A stretch of 64,000 nt of DNA from an uncultured Gemmatimonadaceae bacterium (GTDB taxonomy: Bacteria; Gemmatimonadota; Gemmatimonadetes; Gemmatimonadales; Gemmatimonadaceae): NCBI GenBank assembly GCA_963843845.1, contig CAWJMB010000002.1, positions 1,312,001-1,376,000 of the forward strand, in the 5' to 3' direction. The notes beneath the pieces were generated by a model. That model saw nothing but the letters and a program-made list of their open reading frames with translations, made no database searches and had not been told where the DNA came from. The translations under genes were made by a program, and so were the position numbers. Each line of letters begins with the position of its first letter. Position 1 is the stretch's first letter. Of this stretch, positions 9,452-20,623 are shown one piece after another.

Positions 9452-10549
9452 GTGCGCGCGCTCCTGGTCTGCACGCGTCCGCGATGGGACGGCGCGACGC
9501 GCGCGTTCGCCGCCGCGGCGCGCGGGCTCGCCGAGCACGGGTGGGACGTGACGTGCGCCTGCGACGACGGCGCCGGGTCGGTCCGCGGGCAGGTCGAGGG
9601 TGCCGTGGCCGCGGCCGGCGTCGTCGTGCTGCCGCTGCCGGCCGACGCGTCGGCGCTCGCCCTCACGTCGAGGCTGCGTCACGTCATCGCCAGCCGGCGC
9701 CCCGACGTGGTCTACGTGCACGGTGAACGCGGGCAGCTCGCCGCGGCGACCGCGCTGTGGCGGACGCGCCACGTGACGCTCGTGCGGCGTGTCGGCGCAG
9801 GAGAGCAGTTCACCGCCGGCCGCGCGGCCCGGACCGCGACGCGGTTCGCACCTCCGGTCGCCCTGCTCACGTGGCCCGAGCAGGCAGCGAGCGCGGACGA
9901 CGTCGGCGCGCTGCGGCACGTCGTCGCGGATGTGGGCGTCGGGCCGGCGCAGCCCGTGCCATCCGCCGACGAGTGGCTCGACGAGCGGCGCCTCGTCTGC
10001 GTCTGCGACGCGAGCGGTCACGCGCGCGCCGCCACCGTGTTGCGCGCCGTCGCGCTGCTCGCCCCGCGCCATCGTGAGCTGCGGCTCGTGCTCGCCGGGC
10101 CGGGGGCGCACGACGAGCAGTTGCGGCTGCACGCGGCGGCCTTGGGCATCCATCGCCTCGTGCGCCACCTGCCGCCGGGCGCGGGGGTGGCCGACGACGC
10201 CGCCGCCCGCGCCTCGGCGCACGTCGGCTGGGTCACTGCCGACTGCGACGACGGCGCGTTCGGCGCCCTCGACTTCATGGCCGCCGGTGTGCCGCTCATC
10301 GCCGAGCGCGGTGGCGTCGCGGCTCGCTACGTGCCCGACGGCATCGCCGGCGTCCACGTGAATCCTGCCGACGTTCCGGCGACCGCCGCGGCACTCGCCG
10401 CCCTGCTCGCGCGTGACGACGAGCGGCTCGCGATGGGAAACGCTGGCCGCGTGCGCGTCGCGCGCGCGTTCAGCGAGGCGGCGATGGTCGACGGCTTCGT
10501 GCGCGCCGCGGAGCTCGGCGCGTCGCGTCGCGTGCGGGCCACGCGGTGA
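9452..10549 (+). CDS. Glycosyltransferase family 4 (GT-B fold), divergent
   Basis: GWDVTCAC, PDVVYVHG, LVLAGPG, DFMAAGVPLIA, RLAMGNAGR..FS. Confidence 0.75.
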   Translation: MRALLVCTRPRWDGATRAFAAAARGLAEHGWDVTCACDDGAGSVRGQVEGAVAAAGVVVLPLPADASALALTSRLRHVIASRRPDVVYVHGERGQLAAATALWRTRHVTLVRRVGAGEQFTAGRAARTATRFAPPVALLTWPEQAASADDVGALRHVVADVGVGPAQPVPSADEWLDERRLVCVCDASGHARAATVLRAVALLAPRHRELRLVLAGPGAHDEQLRLHAAALGIHRLVRHLPPGAGVADDAAARASAHVGWVTADCDDGAFGALDFMAAGVPLIAERGGVAARYVPDGIAGVHVNPADVPATAAALAALLARDDERLAMGNAGRVRVARAFSEAAMVDGFVRAAELGASRRVRATR

Positions 10550-11511
10550 CCGAGGCCGCCGCCGTGGACGCGCCGACACCGGAACGTGCGCGCGACACGC
10601 CGACCGTCGCGCACCGCGCCGAGTACTACGCGCTCCGCGGCGCGCTCGGGGCGATCGGCACGCTGCGCTGGCGCCGCGCCACCGCGATCGGCGCCGCGCT
10701 CGGCCGGCTCGGCTACGCGCCGCTCGGCATTCGGCGCGGAGTCGTCGAGCGGCAGATCGCCGCCGCGTTCCCCGAATGGAGCGACGAGCAGGTGCGCACG
10801 ACCGCGGTCGCGTCGTTCGAATCGTTGGGCCGCACCGCCGTCGAGACGGCGCTCATGCCGTCGTTGGGCCGCGACGGCGTGCTGGACCTCTTCGAGCGCG
10901 CCGACGGCTGGGACGTCCTCGAGTCGGCGCGCGCCGAGGGGAAGGGCGTCATCGTCATCACCGGTCACCTCGGCAACTGGGAGCTCGGCGGCTCCTACGT
11001 CGCGGCGCGCGGGGTGCCGATCGACGGGATCGCGCGCGGTCAGGCGAACCCGCTGTTCGACCGCTATCTCACCGACACGCGCCAGCGGCTCGGCATGCGC
11101 ATCGTGCACGACGCGGAGGCCGTGCGCCGCACGCCGCGCGCGCTCCGCGACGGGCGCGTCGTCGCGTTCCTCTTCGACCAGGGCGCGTTGGGCCTCGCAT
11201 CGACGTACGTGCCGTTCTTCGGGCGCCCGGCGAAGACGCCGCGTGGCCCGGCCGTCTTCGCGCTGCGGCTCGGCGCGCCGGTCGTGTTCGCCGTGAGTCT
11301 GCGACAGCCGAGCGGCCGCTTCGTCCTCTCCTTCGAGCGCGTACCGACCGTCGACACCGGGGACCGCGAGCGCGACGTCGACACGATGGTCGCGCGCTTC
11401 AACGCGGTGCTGGAGTCGTGGGTCCGGCGAGCGCCGTCGCAGTACTTCTGGCAACACCGCCGCTGGCGCCACCAGCCGCCGGACACGCCGCCGCACCTTC
11501 GGGAGCCGTGA
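10546..11511 (+). CDS. Lipid A late acyltransferase / lysophospholipid acyltransferase (LpxL/HtrB family)
   Basis: GHLGNWE (HX4E), FDQ, VPFFG, QYFWQHRRWR. Confidence 0.9.
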   Translation: MTEAAAVDAPTPERARDTPTVAHRAEYYALRGALGAIGTLRWRRATAIGAALGRLGYAPLGIRRGVVERQIAAAFPEWSDEQVRTTAVASFESLGRTAVETALMPSLGRDGVLDLFERADGWDVLESARAEGKGVIVITGHLGNWELGGSYVAARGVPIDGIARGQANPLFDRYLTDTRQRLGMRIVHDAEAVRRTPRALRDGRVVAFLFDQGALGLASTYVPFFGRPAKTPRGPAVFALRLGAPVVFAVSLRQPSGRFVLSFERVPTVDTGDRERDVDTMVARFNAVLESWVRRAPSQYFWQHRRWRHQPPDTPPHLREP

Positions 11512-12482
11512 CCACGCCCACGAGTACCGTGCGCCGCGACACCGCCGCGCTTCCTGTCGTCCGCCCGGTCCCGGCGCGCCCTGCCGGTCGCGTCTGGCCG
11601 CTCCTGCGGCGCGACGGGCGCGCGCGACTCGGCCTCGTCGTCGTCGTGCTGCTCGTCGCCGGCGCGCTGCTCGCGCCGCTCGTCACGCGCCACGACCCGA
11701 CCGCCATCGATCTCGCGAGCGCGCTCCAGCGGCCATCCGGGGCGCACTGGTTGGGCACCGACGTGCAGGGACGCGACGTCTGGGCGCGACTCGTCTTCGG
11801 CGCCCGCGTCTCGCTCGCCGTCGGGATCGCGTCGCAGGTGCTGTCACTCGCGTTGGGCGTCGCGCTCGGACTGATCGCCGGGTTCTACGGACGCTGGGTC
11901 GACGAAGTCGTGATGCGTCTCGCCGACGTGACGCTCGCGTTCCCGACGCTGCTCCTCCTCATCGCGATGGCCGCCGCGCTGCAGCCGTCGTTGGGCACCG
12001 TGCTGCTCACGATCGGCGTCGTGGGCTGGGCCGGGATGGCGCGGCTCGTCCGCGGGCAGGTGCTGGTCGTCCGCCAGGCGGAGTACGTGCAGGCCGAACG
12101 CGCGCTGGGCGCCGGCGACATCCGGATCATGCTGCGCCACGTCCTCCCCAACGTCATCGCCCCCGTCGTCATCGCCGCGACGCTCGGCGTCGCCGGCGCC
12201 ATCATGGCCGAGGCCGCGCTGTCGTTTCTGGGATTGGGCGTGCAGCCGCCGACGCCGAGCTGGGGCGCCATGATCGCCGACGGGCGCGACCTCGCGCAGC
12301 TGCGCGGCGCTCCGTGGACGTCGCTCTTCCCCGGCCTGGCGATCGGCGCCGCCGTCCTCGGCTTCAACCTGCTCGGCGACGCGCTGCGCGACGCCCTCGA
12401 CCCGCGCGCCGCCGGCCTGCGTGCCGCACGCCGCACCGACCTGCCCACCGCCGAAGGCACACCGACTGGAGGGCGGAGATGA
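11508..12482 (+). CDS. Peptide/nickel ABC transporter permease (DppC/OppC family)
   Basis: HWLGTDVQGRD, GARVSL, EAA loop EYVQAERALGA, HVLPNV, EAALSFLGLG, FNLLGDALRD; GTG overlaps upstream TGA. Confidence 0.9.
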   Translation: MTTPTSTVRRDTAALPVVRPVPARPAGRVWPLLRRDGRARLGLVVVVLLVAGALLAPLVTRHDPTAIDLASALQRPSGAHWLGTDVQGRDVWARLVFGARVSLAVGIASQVLSLALGVALGLIAGFYGRWVDEVVMRLADVTLAFPTLLLLIAMAAALQPSLGTVLLTIGVVGWAGMARLVRGQVLVVRQAEYVQAERALGAGDIRIMLRHVLPNVIAPVVIAATLGVAGAIMAEAALSFLGLGVQPPTPSWGAMIADGRDLAQLRGAPWTSLFPGLAIGAAVLGFNLLGDALRDALDPRAAGLRAARRTDLPTAEGTPTGGRR

Positions 12483-13640
12483 CGTACGACGTGCGACGCG
12501 TTGCGCCGCGCCGAGTTCCCCTGGACCGAAGACGGCGACACGATCTACCTCGGCAACGCGTCGACGGGCCCGCTGCCGGCCCGCACGACGGCCGCCTCGA
12601 CGACTGGACCCGCCGCCGCGCGAGCCCCGTGGACGATCACCGACGCCGAGATCTTCGCGACGGCCGCGCGCTCGCGGTCACTCGTCGCAGCGCTGATCGG
12701 CGCCGACGCGAGCGAGATCGCGCTCATGACGAACACGTCGCACGGCGTGAACGTCGCCGCGCGCGCCCTGCCGTTCGCCGCCGGCGACGTCATCGTCTCG
12801 GTCGACCGCGAGTTTCCCGCCGAACGTGTATCCGTGGATGGCGCTCGCCGACCGCGGCGTGCGCTTCGAGCTGCTGCCGACGGTCGACGGCCTGCCGGAC
12901 GAGGCCGCGCTGCTCGCCGCGATCGACCGACCCGAGGTGCGCGCGATCACCGTGAGCTGGGTGCAGTTCGCGACGCGGCTACTGCGTCGACCTGGAAGCG
13001 CTCGGCGCGCGCTGTCGCGCGGCGCGGCAAGTACTTCATCGTCGACGCGATCCAGGGCGTCGGCGCGCGCGAGCTCGACGTGCGCGCGTGCCACGTCGAC
13101 CTGCTCGCGTGCGGCGCGCAGAAGTGGCTGCTCTCGCCGTGGGGCACGGGCTTCCTGTACGTCCGCCGCGAGCTGATCGCGCACTGCAGCCGCAGAACGT
13201 CGGCTGGATGGCGGTGCAAGGACAGCGAGGATTTCTCGCGCCTCGTCGACTACGACTACACGCTGCACGACGACGCGCGCCGCTTCGAGGTGCTGACGCT
13301 GCCGTATCACGACTTCGCCGGCGATGATCGCGAGCCTCGAGCTCCTCCACGAGCTCGGGCGCGTCGCGCGATCGCCGCGCACGTCGCGCGGCCTCACCGA
13401 CCGCATCGTCGCCTGGGCCGACCGCGCGCGACGACGTGCGCCTCGTGACGCCGGCCGACCCGGCGCGCCGCGCCGGCATCGTCAGCGTCGCGCCGCCCGA
13501 TCGCGCCGCGGCGGCTGCGCGGCTCAAAGCCGCCGGCGTCGCGCATGCCTTGCGCGAGGGCGCGGTGCGGCTCGCCCCGCACGGTTACAATACCGTCGAC
13601 GAGATCGACCGCGCGCTCGCCGTGCTCGCTCGGCTGACCG
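12479..13640 (+). CDS. Aminotransferase class V / cysteine desulfurase-like PLP enzyme; apparent frameshifts, end approximate
   Basis: YLGNASTGP, NTSHG, DREFP, VDAIQG, GAQKWLLSPWGTG, VRLAPHGYNT in different frames. Confidence 0.85.
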
Positions 13641-13688
13641 ACGCGCCGGCCTCCCGACCCCACCTCCGCTCCGACTCCGAGGCTCGCC

Positions 13689-13988
13689 ATGCCCGCTCGC
13701 TCTCTCCGCGCCGCCCGTGCCGCCGCGCTCGTCGCCGCGACGCTCGCCGTCGCCACCGTCGGCTGCGTCCGCGGCCGCAACGACGGCGGCCGCGACGCCG
13801 CCGGCCTCTCGAGCAACGGCGCCGGTCCGGCGCCGCAGCCGGGTCCATTAGGCGGCCAGAACACCGACACGACGATGGCGCCCGCGGCCGTCGGCACGAC
13901 ACCGTCGGCGTCGCCCGTGACACCCCCCGCGGCAGCGAGCGGCGGCACCGCCACGTCCGCCGTCCCGGGGGCCACCAGGCAGCCCTGA
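13689..13988 (+). CDS. Small low-complexity putative lipoprotein
   Basis: Basic N-terminus, hydrophobic stretch, lipobox-like TVGC, Pro/Ala/Thr-rich tail; gagg upstream. Confidence 0.6.
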   Translation: MPARSLRAARAAALVAATLAVATVGCVRGRNDGGRDAAGLSSNGAGPAPQPGPLGGQNTDTTMAPAAVGTTPSASPVTPPAAASGGTATSAVPGATRQP

Positions 13989-14039
13989 CGCCCGACGGTC
14001 AGCCCGAGCGTCGCGAGGGAGCGCGCCGGTCGACGCCGG

Positions 14040-15302
14040 TCACCCGCGCCGTACGAGCGCGTAGTCTCGCGCCCCTTTGCGCAGGAGCAGGTGCCCGCCC
14101 GGCAGCTCGTCCTCCTCGCGCACGGCGCTCTCGCCAGCCGTGAGGCGACGTCCGCTGACCGTCAGCCCGCCCTGATCGAGCAGTCGCCGCGCCGCCCCTT
14201 TCGACGGCACGAGCTCCGCGGCGACGAACAGCTCGATCGCGTCCGTCGCCGCGGACTCGACGAACGGAATTTCGCGCGCGAGCGCCGCGAGCGCGTTCGC
14301 CGACAGCGCGCGCGGATCGCCCTTCGCGAAGAGCAGCGTCGAGACTTCGTGGGCCACGGCCGCCGCGTCGGCGCCATGAACGCGCGTCGTCACGTCGGTG
14401 GCGAGCGCGTGCTGCGCCTCGCGCTTCTCCGGCCGCTCCGCCGTCGCCGCGTCGAGCGCCTCGATCTCGGCGCGCGGCAGCAGCGTGAAGAAGCGCAGCA
14501 GCCGCCCCACGTCGCGATCGTCGGTGCGCATCCAGAACTGGTAGAACTGGTAGGGCGACGTGCGCGCCGCGTCTAGCCACACCGCGCCCGCCTCCGACTT
14601 CCCGAACTTCGCCCCGCTCGCGGTCGTGAGGAGCGGCAGCGTGAACGCGTGCGCCGAGCCGCCGTCCGCGCGCCGGATGAGCTCCGTTCCCGCCGTCATG
14701 TTCCCCCACTGATCGTTGCCGCCGAGCTGCAGCGTCACGCCGTGCCGGCGGAACAGCGCGAGGAAGTCGTACGACTGGAGGAGCATGTAGGAGAACTCGG
14801 TGTACGAGATCCCCGTCTCCATCCGCCCCTTCACCGAGTCTTTCGCGAGCATCACGTTCACCGAGAAGTGTTTCCCGACGTCGCGCAGGAACTCGATGAG
14901 GTTCATCGGCGCGAGCCACTCGGCGTTGTCGAGCATGATCGCCGCGTTCGGCGACGCGTCGCCGAAGTCGAGGAACCGCTCGAGCTGCGCGCGGATGCCG
15001 CGCGTGTTCTCCGCGACGACGTCCGCCGAGTGCAGCTGACGCTCGGCCGTCTTGCCGCTCGGGTCGCCGATCATCCCGGTCCCGCCGCCGACGAGCGCGA
15101 CCGGGCGATGGCCGGCTCGCTGCAGGTGAACGAGACCCATGATCGGCACGAGACTTCCCACGTGCAGGCTCGACGCGGTCGGGTCGAAGCCGCAGTAGCC
15201 GCGGAGCGGGCCGGCCGCGAGCGCGTCGGCGAGTCCTTCGGTCGTCTGCACGAGCATCCCGCGCCAGGCCAGCTCGTCGAGCAACGAATCGGTGTCATGC
15301 AT
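14040..15302 (-). CDS. tyrS: Tyrosine--tRNA ligase
   Basis: YCGFDPTASSLHVGS, GMIGDPSGK, LQLGGNDQWGN, KFGKS, C-terminal S4-like domain. Confidence 0.97.
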   Translation of the reverse strand: MHDTDSLLDELAWRGMLVQTTEGLADALAAGPLRGYCGFDPTASSLHVGSLVPIMGLVHLQRAGHRPVALVGGGTGMIGDPSGKTAERQLHSADVVAENTRGIRAQLERFLDFGDASPNAAIMLDNAEWLAPMNLIEFLRDVGKHFSVNVMLAKDSVKGRMETGISYTEFSYMLLQSYDFLALFRRHGVTLQLGGNDQWGNMTAGTELIRRADGGSAHAFTLPLLTTASGAKFGKSEAGAVWLDAARTSPYQFYQFWMRTDDRDVGRLLRFFTLLPRAEIEALDAATAERPEKREAQHALATDVTTRVHGADAAAVAHEVSTLLFAKGDPRALSANALAALAREIPFVESAATDAIELFVAAELVPSKGAARRLLDQGGLTVSGRRLTAGESAVREEDELPGGHLLLRKGARDYALVRRG

Positions 15303-15365
15303 GGGCGCAGATAGCACGCCCAGCCGCGTCGTCAGTCGCGCTCGCCCCGCCGTTAGCTTTCGCAC

Positions 15366-17696
15366 ATGCCTCAGACCTCGCGGCAGACCCCGTTCTGGCA
15401 TCGCCATTCCACCGCCGGCCGCGTCGACGCTCGTCGCGACGGCGTTCTGTCGTCGGCGCGGGGCTCGGCGGCTCGTACGGATCGTGGGCGCTCGCCTGTC
15501 GCGGCGGCGCCTGTCCGTCGGCCGACGCGCTCGAGGGGTACGCGCCGTCGCAGACGTCGAAGCTGTTCGCCGCCGACGGCCGCTTCGTCGCCGAGATCGG
15601 GAACGAGCGGCGCACGCTCGCGACGCTGAACGACATCCCGCCGCTCGTGCGGCAGGCGTTCCTCTCCACCGAGGACAAGCGCTTCTACCGCCACGGCGGC
15701 ATCGACTGGATGCGCGTCCCCGGCGCGACGCTGCGCAACGTCCGCGCACGACGTGGCGCGAGGGGTTCTCGACGATCACGATGCAGCTCGCGCGCAACAT
15801 CTTCACCGACGACCTGTCGCGCGAGAAGACGGTCGTCCGCAAGCTCCGCGAGGCGAAGGTCGCGCGCGACATCGAGGCGAAGTACTCCAAGGACAGCATC
15901 CTCGAGCTGTACCTGAATCAGATCTACCTCGGCAGCGGCGCGTACGGCGTCGAGACGGCCGCGCAGCGCTACTTCGGCAAGAGCGTCGCGCGATCTCAAC
16001 CTCGCCGAGGCCGCGACGCTCGCCGCGCTGCCGAAGGCGCCGAACCGCTACGATCCGCGCCGCTTTCCCGAGCGCGCGGTGCAGCGCCGCAACACGATCA
16101 TCGAGCTGATGCGCGCCGCGGGCGAGGTGAGCGATGCCGACGCCTCGCTCGCGAAGGCGTATCCGCTGCAGCTCGCGAACCGCACCGAGTCCGGCGAGAC
16201 GGCGCCGTACTACATCGAGTGGGTGCGTCAGCAGCTCGAGTCGAAGTTCGGCCAGCAGCTCTACCGCGACGGCCTCAAGGTCTACACGACGCTCGACCTC
16301 GACATGCAGTCGGCCGCCGAGCGCGCGCTCGAGCGGCAGCTGCGCTCGATCGAGGAGGGGCGCTACGGCAAGTACGACCACGAGAGCTACGAGGAGTACG
16401 TCGCGAAAGGGCAGGAAGACCCCGAGCTGCGCGCCGCGGCGAACAGCCCGTATCTGCAGGGCGCGTTCGTCGCGCTCGACCCGCGCACCGGCGCCGTGCG
16501 CGCCCTCGTCGGCGGACGCGACTTCGACGACTCGAAGTTCAACCGCGCCGTGCAGGCGCAGCGGCAGCCCGGCTCGACCTTCAAGCCGATCGTCTACGCG
16601 GCCGCGGTGCAGAACGGCCGCTCGCCGTCGCACATCGTCGACGACTCGCCGATCGCGATCGAGAACATGGGCGGCGAGACGTGGTCGCCCGAGAACTACG
16701 ACCGCAAGTTCCTCGGCCCGATGCCGATGCGACGCGGGCTCTACACGTCGCGCAACATCGTCGCGATCAAGACCGGCATGGAGCTCGGGCCGAGCGCGGT
16801 GATCGACGAGGCGCGCCGCTTCGGCATCACGACGCCGATCCCGCCGTACCCGTCGATCTTCCTCGGCTCGGCCGACGTCTACCCGATCGAGATGATCGCC
16901 GCGTACTCCGTGTTCGCGACGCTCGGCACGCGCGCGGCGCCGTACGCGATCCTGCGCGTCGAGAACCAGCGCGGCGACGTGCTGTGGGAGCCGGAGCCCG
17001 TGCGCGTGCAGGTGCTGTCGCCGGAAGAGGCGTACCTGATGGTCAGCATGATGCGCGACGTGAACATGCGCGGCACGGCGGCGGGCGCCGTGGCCGGCGC
17101 CGGGTTCGACGTTCCGTCGGGCGGCAAGACCGGCACGACGAACGACGGCACGAACGTCTGGTACGTCGGCTACACGCTCGGACCTCGTCGCCGGCGTCTG
17201 GGTCGGGCTCGATCGGCCGCAGAAGATCAAGAACAACGCGCAGGGGGGCGAGCTCGCGGCACCGGCGTGGACGGCGTTCATGAAGGAGGTCTATCGAAAG
17301 AAGCCGACGCCGCCCGACTGGCCGCAGCCCGCCGGCATCGTCTCGCGCCAGGTCATCGAAGGCACGAACATCCTGTACGACCCGATGGCGTGCCCCGCAG
17401 CGCCCGTCACCACCGACCTGTTCATCGCCGGCACCGAGCCGGTCGAGACGTGCGCGACGACGCCGTACGTCGCGCCCGGCGATTCGCTGGGCGTCGCGCC
17501 CGACTCGGCCCTCGTCCAGCCGCCGGGCTCGCCGTACCCGCCGTACCCGCCGGCGATCGACAGTGGGACGCGTTCGCCGCGGCCGACGGTGCCGCTGCCG
17601 GACAGCCTGATCGGCACCGACTCGATCACCCGTCCGCGTCCGCGCCCGTTGGTGCCCACGCCCGTCCCGCCGATCCGCCCCGCGCTTCAGCGATGA
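15366..17696 (+). CDS. Class A penicillin-binding protein (PBP1A family); apparent frameshifts
   Basis: GT51 motifs EDKRFYRHGGID, STITMQLARN, RKLRE, ILELYLN; transpeptidase STFK, SRN, KTG. Confidence 0.92.
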
Positions 17697-18570
17697 GCGA
17701 GCCCGCGACGGCCGAGCCGTCGGCGTCCGCTCGCTGGCGCCCTCGCGACTGTCACGCGCATTCGACCTTCTCCGACGGCGCCCTCGATCCGGCGGACGTC
17801 GTCGCCCGCGCGCGATCGGCGGCGTGCGGCCGAGCATCACCGACCATCTGTCGGGCGACGTGTCGATGGCCGTGTCGACCATCGAGCACGTGCGCGAGTA
17901 CCTCGACGCGCTCGAGGCGCTGCGAGCGTCGGACGCGCCCGACCTCGCGATCGGCGGCGAGTTCTGCTGGCACGACACGCTCTGGCGCGATGCTGCCGAC
18001 CGACCTCTGGACGCGCTTCACGCACACCATCGGCTCGCTGCACGCCGTCTGGCTCCCCGACGGCTCGCGACTGCACGCGTTCCAGCGCCGCTGGCCGGAC
18101 GCGCTCGACGCCGACGCCTACATGGACGCGCACGTCGAGAACCTCGAGCGGTTCGCCCGCGAGATGCCCGTCGACGTGCTCGCCCACCCGACCTTGCTCC
18201 CACTCGCCCTCCGGACGCGTCCGCTCGACGAGCTGTGGACCGAGGCGCGCGAGGAGCGCGCCGTCGCCGCGTTAGGCCGCGCCGGCATCGCGTTCGAGGT
18301 GAGCAATCGGTACCGCCCGCACGAGCGTTTCGTCCGCCGCGCCGTCGCCGCCGGCGTCCGCCTCGCGTTGGGCTCCGACGGGCACAGCGAGGCGCAGATC
18401 GCCGACGTCGCCTGGCCGCTCGCCGTCGCCCGTGCGCTCGGCGTGCCGGACGAGGCGCTCTACGATCCGGCCGTGCACGGTCGTCGCGAACCGGGACACG
18501 GAGATCGGGGATCGGGGGGGAGTCGGAACCGATCTCCGGTCTCCGACCCCCGACCCCCGGCGGGTAGGCG
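17693..18570 (+). CDS. PHP-domain phosphoesterase; apparent frameshifts, end approximate
   Basis: DCHAHSTFSDG, ITDH, GGEF, IGSLH, LAHP, FEVS, LGSDGH. Confidence 0.85.
18491..18560. repeat. Third, more degenerate copy of the GGGGATC-heptamer palindrome family
   Basis: cggagatcgg (18499-18508) / ccgatctccg (18529-18538), flanked by ggggatc and gacccc units. Confidence 0.65.
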
Positions 18571-19935
18571 ATGCCGACCTACCTCGCCCGCTGGCTCCTC
18601 CCGATCTCCACGCCCCCCGTCGAGCACGGCGCCGTCGCCGTCGACGACACGGTCTCATCACCTACGTCGGCCCCGCCGCCGCCGCGCCGCCGGACGCCTG
18701 CGTCGATCTCGGTGACGCCGCACTGCTCCCGGGGCTCGTCAACGCGCACACGCACCTCGAGCTGACGGCGATGCGCGGCTTCCTCGAGCGGCTCGACTTC
18801 GTGACGTGGATCCGCACGCTCACCCGCGCCCGTGCCGAGGTGCTCGACGACGCCGCGCTGCTCGACGCCGCGCGGCTCGGCGTCGCGCGAGGGACTCGCG
18901 GCGGGGATCACGACCTACGCCGACACCATCGCGGCGGGCACGCCGATGCAGGCGCTCGTCGACGCGGGGGCGCGCGGCGTCGTCTATCAGGAAGTGTTCG
19001 GCCCTGCGCCAGCGCAGCGCGCGCGACTCGCTCGCCGGGGTGCGGACGGCCGTCGCACGCCTCCGCGCGCTCGCGACGCCGCTCGTGCGGGTCGGCGTCT
19101 CGCCGCACGCGGTGTTCACGGTCCACGAAGACCTGCTCGTCGACGTCTGCGCGTGGGCCGTGGCCGAAGGGCTGCCGGTCGCGATGCACGTCGGCGGAGA
19201 GCGGCGCCGAGATGCGCTTCTCTGCGCGAGGGCGACGGCCCGTTCGCCGATGGGCTCCGCGCGCGCGGCATCGAGGTCGTGCGGCGCGCGCACTCGCCGG
19301 TGCACCTGCTCGTCGAGTTCGGCGTCGCCGCAGTCGCGCGGCCGCTGCTCATCCACGGCGTGCACTTCGACGCGAGCGACATCCACTTCGCCGCCGAATA
19401 CGGCTGCCCCGTCGCGCACTGCCCGGCGTCGAACGCGAAGCTCGGCCACGGCGTCGCTCCGCTCGCGCGAGATGCTCGCGCCGGCATCGTCGTCGGGCTC
19501 GGCAGCGACTCGGTGGCGAGCAACAATCGCATGGACCTCCTCGACGAGGCGCGGCTCGCGGTGCTCGTGCAGCGCGCCCGCACTCGCGCGCCACGACGCG
19601 CTCACGGCGACGCACGCCCTCGCGCTCGCGACGCTCGGCGGCGCGCGCGCGCTCGGGCTCGGCGATCGCGTCGGCTCGCTCGAGGTCGGGAAGGAGGCCG
19701 ACCTCGCGGCGTTCGCGCTGACGGGCCGCGCGGCATCTCGGCCGGCGACGTGGCGGCGACGCTCCTCGTTTTCGGTCGCCGGGCGCGCCGCGCCACTTCG
19801 TCACCGTCGCGGGGCGCGAGCTCGTGCGCGACGGGCGCGCTCGATGGCCCACGATCCCGCCGCTCGTGGAGCGCGTCGGCGACGACGCCGAGCGGCTTGC
19901 GACGCAGTGGGGCGCGCGCGCTACGCGAGGGCTGA
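18571..19935 (+). CDS. Amidohydrolase (MTA/SAH deaminase-like); apparent frameshifts
   Basis: LPGLVNAHTHLE, SPHA, IHGV, HCPASNAKLGHG, LGSDS, LATLGGARALG..GSLEVGKEADL. Confidence 0.85.
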
Positions 19936-20016
19936 GCGCGCGTCCGGTTATACTGTTCCGCGCGGTTCGCTGACTGGTCTATACGGAAACAGACGACCGC
20001 ACCGTCGGAGGTGTGC

Positions 20017-20601
20017 GTGATCGTCGGCTGTCTGGCCCTGAACGCTTCATTCGAGCCGCTGACGATGGTGCCGGTGCGCCGCGCGCTGCGCCTCGTCATC
20101 GACGGCAAGGCGGAGATCGTCGAGACCGACCCGGCGCGCGTCGTGCGCTCGGCGTCGCTCAGCATGCCGCGCCCGGCGGTGATCCGGCTGACGAAGTTCG
20201 TGCACGTCCCGCGGCGCTTTCGCCGGCAGGTGACGAACACGTTCCTGTTCGCGCGCGACCACTACCGCTGCCAGTACTGCGGCCGCGCCGCGGTCGAGCT
20301 CAAGCCGCGCGAGGCGCTGACGCGCGACCACCTCATCCCGATGTCGCGCGGCGGCACGAACGAGTGGACGAACGTCATCACCGCGTGCAGCACGCTGCAA
20401 CACGCGCAAGGCGAACCACTTCCCGCACGAGATCGGCATGCACCCGCTCTCGCAGCCGGTCGAGCCGCACTTCGTGCACCTGAGCTGGGCCGTGCGCCGA
20501 CTCACGCCGACCAGGCGAAGTACATCCGCGTGTTCTACGGCACCGAGACGCTGCAGCACGTCGAGCGCATGGAGCGCCGGGCGCAGCCCAGGCCGGCCTG
20601 A
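20017..20601 (+). CDS. HNH endonuclease (McrA-like, LNASFEPL subfamily); apparent frameshifts near the 3' end
   Basis: GGAGG at 20007-20011; CLALNASFEPL, LFARDHYRCQYCG, TRDHLIPMSRGG, NVITAC. Confidence 0.85.
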   Translation: MIVGCLALNASFEPLTMVPVRRALRLVIDGKAEIVETDPARVVRSASLSMPRPAVIRLTKFVHVPRRFRRQVTNTFLFARDHYRCQYCGRAAVELKPREALTRDHLIPMSRGGTNEWTNVITACSTLQHAQGEPLPARDRHAPALAAGRAALRAPELGRAPTHADQAKYIRVFYGTETLQHVERMERRAQPRPA

Positions 20602-20623
20602 CTCCGCCGGCGGACGCCGCTGC

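Noticed and set aside
6985..9666. Very long alternative-frame ORFs (also 25009-27021, 30499-32937, 57569-60040)
   Set aside because: Arg/Ala/Gly-rich shadow frames overlapping real genes, a known artefact of high GC content
20017..20601. HNH gene as a homing endonuclease or restriction system
   Set aside because: No intron, methyltransferase or mobile context; it matches a widespread stand-alone HNH subfamily
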